A stretch of 33,039 nt of DNA, taken from contig JYFJ02004363.1 in the NCBI GenBank assembly GCA_000934665.2, positions 1-33,039 on the forward strand, in the 5' to 3' direction. Below the pieces are notes generated by a model. It did not search any database and was not told where the DNA came from. It was given only the letters and a program-made list of their open reading frames with translations. The position numbers and the translations under genes are program-made. Source of the DNA: Catajapyx aquilonaris. Its lineage: Eukaryota. Numbering within the stretch: position 1 is the first letter of the stretch; each line of letters begins with the position of its first letter. This document shows positions 24,355 through 33,039 of this stretch, one piece after another.

Positions 24355-25150
24355 TTGATAATAAGCATTTCCTTATAAGAATAGCTGCTACTGGAAAATA
24401 ACAGTTCATTTCGATAAAGATACTTCGAAAGAAGCAGTTAATTGGGGAACCAATTAAACCAATTTTTCTATAACAAGTACTTCAGGCTTATAAAAATAGC
24501 TACTGGAAAATACGAGTTGTTTAAAAAACAGCTACTGGAAAATAAGAGTTGCTTAAGAAAACAGTTACTTAAAATATCAGCAAATTATGAAAATCGTTGC
24601 TTAGCAGATAACAGTTACTTAGGAAAACTGCTGCTTAGAAAATAGCAGTTAATTATGAAAGCAGTAAAAGTGTTATTATGGAAAAGTTACTTAGATAATA
24701 GCAGTTAATTTGGCAACAGCTACGTAGACAGTAACAGTTAATTGGGGCAGCAGTTACTTGGAAAATAACAGATATACTTAGGGAAACAGTTGCTTAAAAA
24801 TAGCACTTAATTTGGAGCCCAGTTACTTGGCAGATGACTGTTATTTAGGAAAGCACCTGCTTAGAAAACAGTATAGTTAATTGTGAAAGCAGTAAAAAAT
24901 ATCAGTTAATTTGGAAACAGCTACTTCGAAATTAACAGTTAATTAGGACATCAGTTGGAAGATAACAGTTGCATAGAAAATAACAATTAATATTAAAATA
25001 GTGGTAATTTAGAAAATAACAATTAAGGTTAAAATAGTGGTAATTTAGAAAATAGCAATTAAATGACAAATAACAGTGCCTTGAAAAATAGCAATTAATT
25101 AATAAACAACAATTCGTAGGGAAATGGTTATTTTTGACAAATAGCAGATA
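24355..25150. repeat. Long degenerate array with ~20-bp-scale units, core AAATA(A/G)CAGTTA
   Basis: gaaaataacagtt, tagcagttaatt, cagttactta and cagctactggaaaata recur along ~800 bp. A 39-bp duplication lies at ~24975-25060. Confidence 0.8.
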
Positions 25151-25186
25151 TTTGAGGGTTCGAATTTCACATACCGGCATAAGAAG

Positions 25187-25237
25187 TTCTTTGACAAAAG
25201 TAGCGCTTTATCATAAAGCGCTACTTTTGTCAAAGAA
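25187..25237. repeat. Perfect palindrome, 25-bp arms, 1-nt spacer
   Basis: ttctttgacaaaagtagcgctttat-c-ataaagcgctacttttgtcaaagaa. Confidence 0.96.
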
Positions 25238-26745
25238 TACTGTAGATGACTTTTTCCAAATGGCAGGCTATTGAAACTAGCACTAGGGTGAAAAACAGCA
25301 GTTTTTAACCAACTAAAATGACCAAAATACTTAAAGGTTTGCTGTTTAAGCCTATGCTAATTGTAGTAAGAAATAACTACTAGGCTACTCTAATGCAGGT
25401 AACGTGCCTCTACTTTACCGTGATTTGTGACCAAAACTATCATCCTAGCCATTTTTCTCTTCCTCTCTTTTGCACCCTCCTCCTTGTATGGAGGGTTTTA
25501 GCATTCCTATTAATTTGCATGAAATTGCTCCACGTCCTGAAAATAGTCAGCAAACCAACAAATCATTAGGAGTTTGCCGGGTAATCCCCTAGGCTTTTGA
25601 AATAATGACCTTCCTCCCCGTTTGAAATATAGGAGGAAGGAGGAGGGGGAGGGGAGGAAATATCTCCACTGGGGTAAGTTCAATACTCCCCTGGCCCAAC
25701 ACGGATTTTTGGATCATTACGATGCCTCAACACTGTGGCCTGAGTTGCCTGGGCCCACGTAGTACCAACCCTCTCGCATAGATGGCGCCCAGTCCTCCTT
25801 AAAAAACCGGTTACTGACAATAAAAAGGAACAGCTAATTACAAAGTACGGCTGATGACTCATTCTGGACAAAGAACAGACGGATAGAAAGAGCCGATTAG
25901 TACATGATTCCTCCTTCTCAGAAATAGTGTCCAACAACTATCTATCTGTAAACCTACTAATCATCCGAAAGTGGCCTTTGTGTCACAGGCCTTTGTGAAT
26001 TTGGCGACAAAAAGTCAAGTCGAATCCCGCAAATGTCAGGCCGCCATTTCTCAGCACAGGGAGTAGGTCGCATATAAATCAGTCGGCACGGAATTACTAA
26101 GCAATTAATTCTATCCAGTGACAGAGAAACCTTTAGAGGGAAGGAGAGGTGGAGGGGGAGTAAAAGCAGCATGCAATATCTCTAATTAGGTTTCCGCTAT
26201 CACTTCCAACAGAGGGTGCTGGCAACAATGCATCTACGTGCACCGAGAATATTAATATTCCATCCCGGCTCCTGGTGTTTGTTTGTCTTCACAACTTGAC
26301 TTTGGCAGGATTCAAATAAAATAGAGAGAGAGACGGCCTTCAGAAATGTGTGTAATTGAAAATAGTTTCTACCGTTCCTAGTAATGAATAGGAGGGAAGG
26401 GGAGGGCAGGGGGGGGGGGTATAGTAGCACTGCGTCAGATCTCCGGGAAAATACGGTGAGATTGCAAGCTTTTGCAAACACACCGAGCCCCGAATAATGA
26501 ATCGGGAATGAAGACCTACTCCCTGTGTTTGCACATACTTTTCCTTCATACGCAGGAGGGCATTAGTGGAATTAAAAATTGTGAGGAAGGGTCTATGTAC
26601 AACTTCATATCGTTCATGGCAGGAAATGGCACCGGGGTAATAGTTAATGCAGGTTTATTAGCATGCCTGCTTATTGTTACTTACACTAATAATAATTAGC
26701 AGCTACTGCTAATTTTATCACTAACTCAAATCAATTGACTATTTG

Positions 26746-26869
26746 AATAACAGGTTCAACCAGTTAAATAACAGGTTCAACCAGTTAAATAAGAGGTTTA
26801 ACCAGCAGTTAAATAACGGGTTTAACCAGTTAAATAACAGGTTTAACCAGCAGTTAAATGACGGGTTTA
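26746..26869. repeat. 21/24-bp minisatellite, about 6 units (aataacaggtt(c/t)aaccag[cag]tta)
   Basis: Direct reading; later units alternate with and without an extra cag. Confidence 0.92.
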
Positions 26870-27008
26870 GCTATAATATAAACAAGTTTAACAACTTATA
26901 ACTATTATTTACTATTATGTGAATAATATTAATATTTACTCATGTAATAATATTAATATCTACTCGTGTAAATAATATTAACATTTACTGATTTAAATTT
27001 TTATTATT

Positions 27009-27510
27009 ATTTTAACTATTAATAAGTATTAATTACTACTATATTAACAATTGTTTTAACTATCAATAAGTATTAATTACTACTACATTTAACAATTGTT
27101 TTAACTATCAATATATACAGGGGAGACGGAGTGGCGCCGCGGTAACGCGCGCGCCCACGGAAGTTAAGGTCCCGGGTTCAATCCCCACCCGGGGTTCCCA
27201 CCTTCTTTCGTGCAGAGTTGGGCCATCTCTGGCTTCGTTTCGGGTGGCAATTTCCGATAGACTAAGCCACCCGGGGGAGTTCACAAAATGACCAATTAAC
27301 GACAGCGCACATGCACTTTGCACATCCCCTCCTACCAACCCTGGAGTACACTAATAAGATTCCATCTTAACTCGCTCCAATAATACCAATGGTGGTAATC
27401 CACCACCCCCTAAAGACCTAACAGGTCATTCACGGGGTAAATTTTTTAAAAAAAAAACTATCAATATATATTAATTACTACGGCATTAATAATTGTTTAA
27501 CTATTAATAT
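27009..27510. repeat. ~45-bp AT-rich tandem repeat whose third unit is split by the SINE
   Basis: ttttaactat(t/c)aataagtattaattactacta..ttaacaattg occurs twice. The third unit starts at ~27099 and resumes after 27470 (ttaattactac...aattgtttaactattaat). Confidence 0.8.
27118..27455 (+). mobile_element. tRNA-derived SINE, apparently full length, with A-tail and 15-bp TSD
   Basis: A-box-like TGGCGCCGCGG (27132-27142), B-box GGTTCAATCCC (27175-27185), and tRNA-like D-arm (gcgc..gcgc) and T-arm. The 3' end has T6 then an A-run. Identical flanks aactatcaatatata at 27103-27117 and 27456-27470. Confidence 0.92.
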
Positions 27511-28276
27511 TTATTTAATAGCTATTTCACCTACCAATCTTAATAGACGTTAACATATTAGTAGCTATTTTAATACCCATTTTACCTATCAATAACTATT
27601 TTAATAGCTATTTCAACTGTTTAAATAATTTAACTTCATATGAATATTTTAATTTCATGCTTTCATTTCATAAGAATTGATATTCTATTTCTGTTTAATT
27701 ATTTAGCAATATATTGGTTGCAGATGATGATTAATAGCATTGCTGCTAATTTAAGTAATAACTGCTAAACTTGCCCTTTGTGGTTTATTACGTTTTTGCC
27801 AATAGCAATGAGCAATTTTGGCAACTTGCTTGGGTTGAAGGGTGGGTGGTAGTTGGGGGAAGACGGGGGACTGAAGGGAGGAGGGTGGTGGGAAGTCAAT
27901 ATTCTTTGTAGTTATGACCCGACCTGCTGTCACCTTTCGATCCAGCAAATCGGCCATAAAAGGCATTATAAAAAGCGGCCACCATCATTCCCGGGAGCTT
28001 GTAGGGAGCTTTTAAGCCATCCTGTTCCCAGAGGAGGACTTGTGAAAATGTGGCCCTATTAGCTGGAGGCCAAGGTACTACTCTCTAGCCCACATTTTTT
28101 TACACTTTTTTTAGGAGGGGAGGAAGGGAGAGGAAGGGAAGGATTGAGGGTGAAAGTGCAGATGGCAACACTGTGCAGACAGGGTTGCCATTAGTCAATA
28201 GGTAAGTCCCTGGAAACATTGCTATTAAGAGATACGTGTGACTAATGAGTGTCTCTTGGGTTAAGTTATGGTTAGA

Positions 28277-28722
28277 ACTGTTCAGGTAGGGCGTAGGGAC
28301 TGTTCGGGGAAGGAATGTTCATGGAAGGGCTGTTCAGGGAAGGAATGTTCAGGAAGGGAATGTTCAGGGAATGGAATGTTCAGGGAAGGAATGTTCAGGG
28401 AAGGACTGTTTAGGGAAGAAAATAATGCTCAGGAAGGGAATGTTCAGGGAATGGAATGTTCAGGGAAGGACTGTTCATGGAAGGACTGTGCAGGGAAGGA
28501 CTGTGNTGCAGGGAAGGGCTGTTGAGGGAAGAAATGTTCAGTGAAGATGAGTTCCGGAAAGGAATGTACAGGGAAGGAATGTTTAGGGAAGGAATGTTCA
28601 TGGAAGGACTGTTCATGGAAGGACTGTGCAGGGAAGAGCTGTTCAGGGAAGGGCTGTTTAGGGAAGGACTGTTCAGGGAAGGAATGTTCAGGGAAGGAAT
28701 GTTCATGGCAGGAATGTTCAGG
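28277..28722. repeat. 15-bp purine-rich minisatellite (ggaatgttcagggaa / ggactgttcatggaa)
   Basis: Clear 15-bp period, matching the 5-aa repeats in the ORF track. An n at 28506 makes the true length uncertain. Confidence 0.96.
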
Positions 28723-28796
28723 ACAATAATGTTGAGATCCACAAGAGCTTAATTCCTTCCGACCCTTTGTTTATCATGGCGAATGCTCATAGGGGG

Positions 28797-28827
28797 CGAA
28801 CTGTTCCACCTCCATGGGAACAGTTCG
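28797..28827. other. Hairpin with 11-bp perfect stem and 9-nt loop, downstream of the 15-bp array
   Basis: cgaactgttcc-acctccatg-ggaacagttcg; it shares the ctgttc core with the array. Confidence 0.75.
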
Positions 28828-31800
28828 ACCCATGGGCATTCACCACAAAACTTGATAACCATCGCAAACACTAGAGGTAAAACACACAAAACAAGCCATG
28901 CCACCACCTCTTCTGACCACCACATGCAAGAAAACAATCCGGAGGCGTCGTTCCTGATTGTAGGAGTGTCAGATTGAGCCTTTGTAAGTGCCCAAATCAA
29001 ACGGCCACCTCCCCAAGATTTTTAGGAAAAAAATAGTCCGGATATTTGCTGGGGAAAAGAAGAGGGAAAAATCACCTTCGACACCAACCGGGGCTTCCCC
29101 TCTTTCTTCACAAAAAAAGAAGAGAGTGGATACGATGGAAGGAGAAAAAATATATATAGGCAGTCACGGAAGAAGTTCATGGTTTCTGGCTTGTGGCCGA
29201 CGTGGTGATTTATAAAAGGGGGAACAGAGTTGGTGGAAAAGAAGAAGAATCAAGACGAAAAAAAAGTTAGAACTCAACAACCTAGAAAGCGATAGTATAG
29301 AAAAGGTGTTTGAAAGGAGGAAAAATAACTTCATTACAATTCCGTCTCGGGAGCTGAATGTTGATACACACAATGGATCAAGAGCCCAGCACAATTGATG
29401 GATGTGCAATTTTGCACATGAAAACGGGGAACAATGGAGAGTGGTGAACAATGAGAGAGGAAGAGGGGGAAGGGGTGGATGAACTTGTTGTGCTGATTGT
29501 GTGTTGTATTGCTGTTCCGAGTGGAGTTGAATAGGGAAGTTGAGGCAAAAAGTTGATGTGGTGATTGTTGGGATGTTGTGTAAATCGTGGGTTGTTATGC
29601 CTTGAGATGTGGGTGTAAACATAGGCATGAAGTTACTGTTATTGTTTACAGTCGAATTGGGTCGAAACGGAATTTAAAGGGGATGATCCTCTTCGTATGA
29701 AAGATACGTTTAAGTAAATAAATATGTTAACAAATTAATTGCGAAATGAACTAAATACATCAAATACATTAAAAGAGATAAAACAACATTAAATTAAAAC
29801 GGCACAAAAATTAACAATTAAATCACACAAAATTAATCGCTTGGTTAATTAACGGTAATAATAAGAAGAATGAAAATGAAATGACAAATAGCCACTACAT
29901 AAATGATAAATAAACTGAATAAATAAATAATGAATAAGAAACATATTGCATTGCACAATATCAAAGATAAGCTGATCATAGTAGGTTTCCCTGGACTGAT
30001 CTTGTTGGACTTTTAATACTCTGGAAAAAAAAATGGGTCGTGACTCACAATGTTGACAACAAGCTTGCAAAACCATTGGGGTCTTCCACTATCCTAAATG
30101 CAAAACGCAAATTTGCGATTTGGTTTTGGCAAACTCCAACCCAACGATATTTCAATCCCCCCCCCTTCACCCCATACAAACCCCCACCTTCCTAAAAGTT
30201 ATTCCTTCCAAAATCTCAGGCTGCGTTGTTTGGAAGGCAACTTGAGCGAGCGCCTGCTGCTTATTGACAAAGTGAAATATGGAGGCTTCTTATCGCCGAC
30301 TGTTTGATCGCTCAACTGTAAAGTTTTCCTCTAGATACATCCCCCTCCTCCTCCTCTTTTCCCTTGCAACATCAAAAGCTCTTTATTCTTCAGATCCCTC
30401 CCTCCTTCCACCCCCGCCTCTCCCCATACCGCTACCTTTGAACTGCCGCTTTAGAATACACTGTCTATAGACACATATTCTGGAAATCTGAGGATCGAAC
30501 GTGTCCTTGCGAGGATATTCGTTCTTTTGCCATGAAGAAGAGAGATTGGCGTTACAAAAAAAAAAAAAATTGTCTTCCACAAGGTGTTGCAAAAAATATG
30601 TGTGCATGCTTGTGTTTCTAGTGCTAGTGCTTGAGCGAAATAGCTTTTCGATCCAGATTGCAACTTTGATGCTTACGAATATGTGGCTGCAGGCAGTATG
30701 TGTGAAGTTAAATTTTTGTGAGATTTTTTTGAGAGGGGTGGTGGTGTCAACGACTGTAGCGGCATTGCGGGAGATTCGCGAATTTTTCGCGTGTCCATAA
30801 TAAAACTGGGTCATATGTGAATTTATGCATGTGCAGTGTAATGAACGGATTAATCGAGTAAATAATTCTATGATACGACCTCTGTACTGTGTTGATCACA
30901 TGTATAAATAATATAACATTGTGCAATGTAGGGACGTTATTACAGAATTACTTTCAGAAAATTGTATGACGTACAGTGTGTTGTGAATAAATAAATAATT
31001 CTGGTGTAACAATGTCACCCAATATCTAAAAAAATGATTGTGTATAAAAATTAAATTTATACATTTTTCAATTAATAGAATTTTCCACCCAAAATATTTC
31101 TTAGATCGCCCTATCATTTATCACAGTTTTTTTTCACATCACGAGATTGCCCATTTGCATTCCAGACAAGACTAATTTACACCATTAAATTTAACACCCT
31201 CAATCTATTCGATCAATTTGAATGGCATCCCATGTATTCTAACTTCCTCTCTACAAAATAAGGCTTTTGAAGAAAAAAAAATCGCTCCCAAAGTATCCTT
31301 ATGTGAATTGGGACAGTTGGGTCGAAAGCAAGGAAAGGCATTTCCGTAGCCCATTAAAGCCTTCCCATAGGACAAGCAAGTTGGCGTCTCGCAATTTTTT
31401 TTTATATATTCTGCAAAACTTCATTTTTCCAAAACCGTCTGCCAACATTTTTACTGGCGAGCGCCCACACTATGCAAATGTTTTTTTTTTGAAAATAGGA
31501 CAAAAAACTGAAGTCGAGAAAAAATAGGACCCTATTGAATCATAAGCTGCAACTTAGAGGCCGATATTTGCATTGCAGCTTGTTGCCCATATTTTATTAT
31601 GCCATTTTTCCAAGTCTTGTGCTTTCGTGATCTATGAATTATGAAGTCTTGAGGGAAAGCTTTATCTTTTTTTTGAAGAATATAAAGGATGGTTCAAGTA
31701 GCATGGTTTGTGTTTGACAGGGATTTTTTTTTTGGAAGGGGCGTGTGGACCTGCTTGTTGACACTCTTCGTCTGTGAGACATCGCTTTGACTGATGGTAA

Positions 31801-33039
31801 GACTCGAGTGTTGATCGTGGATCGATTCTGTTGTTCTTATACCTCTAGTATATTTTCTAGACGAACCTTTTGAGCAATATTAAATTTTGATAGGTAGTCC
31901 CATTTTTTTTTTGGAAAATTAATTGGAGCACAAAATGTCCTTACTGATTGCAGAACATCACATCACATCAAGCAACACCATCATATTTGTGGCGTTTTGT
32001 TCTGACCGATAAAAACCTAAAATATATAGGGCATCCTTCCAAAAAAAAAACTTGCTTGGAACCATTCCCATCTCCTGCTTCTTTTTTGACGCTTTTTTGA
32101 GTTTTTCCTCAGGAAAGGTTTCAATTGGGCGTCAGCAATATCCGCACAAGTTCGTGTGGGAAGCAGTCCTGAGGAGAAGAGACCATTAGACTAAAAGCGG
32201 AGAAGAAACTTCCTTTTTCCTTTTTTCCCCTTCTCCATCCCCCTCCTCCCCTTCAAAGTTGGCCCCAAAAAAGGGGCATGGAAGGAAGACAATAAGGACC
32301 GGTCCAATGGGCCAGGAGTAGGCGCCCAAATTAAAATGGCGGAAGAAGCATTGATGTGGCGTTGTTGAGGAGAGGCAGCCATCATGAAAGTTTCTCCCGG
32401 AAATTTTCAGGAGCAATCTGGGTCGGAGTAGAAGGAGGATATGGCCCTTCCCTCCCTGAAATTTAGGGTCATTAGTAAGACTTTATGGATAGCAAGGGAA
32501 GGATATTGTTGGCAATAGGCCATGTCAGATGTGCTAGCGTTAATAGCCTCTCTGCCTCCCAAGGGACATTGAATATGCACATTTTTTAGGTGGGTACTAG
32601 ACCATTGCAATACAATGCATTTTCCGGATGGGTTCATTCGGATAGTTTTTTTTACCCACCTGGACATGCCCTCCTGTTTTATCATATTTCATAGAGACGA
32701 GGACAGAATTAATAATCGATTGCTATGCGCCGGGGCATGCTTGTGATGCGGTTCTTGTCAATGGGAATTACAAATTGGAGCGTGTATTCAATGCGAAATG
32801 TGCAGTTATATCTACGTTGGACCATTGGTCAGAACGATGAGGGAACATATGAAAATTTTAATGCTTTAAAAAAAAACTAAAACGTGATTAATTCAGATTT
32901 GAAGTATTTCCAATGCCTGAAGCACAGAGCCATCTGTAGGTAGCGTCCTTTTCATGCCATACGACCACAGCCATTTTCGACCCAATTTAACCCGTCAAAC
33001 CAAGCCTAAGGCCAGTCCTAGATTTTTTCCACTCTGAGT

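Noticed and set aside
25155..25170. Isolated B-box-like GGTTCGAAT
   Set aside because: No A-box or cloverleaf; the upstream sequence is a degenerate AT-rich array.
27118..27200. tRNA gene
   Set aside because: No convincing anticodon arm or acceptor stem; it continues into a body, A-tail and TSD, so it is a SINE head.
27431..27440. cacggggtaa shared between the SINE 3' end and the MITE arm (~21902)
   Set aside because: Only 10 bp with no flanking similarity; compatible with chance.
28268..28752. Cys/Gly-rich (ECSGK)n and (GMFRE)n ORFs, superficially metallothionein- or pentapeptide-repeat-like
   Set aside because: They derive from the 15-bp array, which is open in several frames on both strands, with no unique coding flanks.
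31722..32050. Inverted pair T10-ggaagg / ccttcc-A10
   Set aside because: The match is mostly homopolymer, with no TSD or extended homology.

Overview
This 33 kb window reads as AT-rich, non-coding animal (probably invertebrate) genomic DNA, either intergenic or from a large intron. It is not a prokaryotic or viral locus. None of the ORF-track entries resembles a recognisable protein; the longest come from tandem repeats. I found no rRNA, true tRNA, CRISPR array or transposase. Well supported: an intact tRNA-headed SINE with a 15-bp target-site duplication (27118-27455), a ~218-bp fold-back MITE (21879-22096), two inverted copies of a ~70-bp hairpin repeat 6 kb apart, a ~340-bp local tandem duplication, many mini/microsatellites and several long palindromes with 0-1 nt spacers. 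The most distinctive pattern is that most tandem arrays are built around a short, often palindromic core resembling a transcription-factor site: AACGTT, TATCGATA (DRE), CACGTG (E-box), GAAnnTTC (heat-shock element) and CAGTTA (Myb). All functional readings are inference, and I cannot claim a new biological system from sequence alone.
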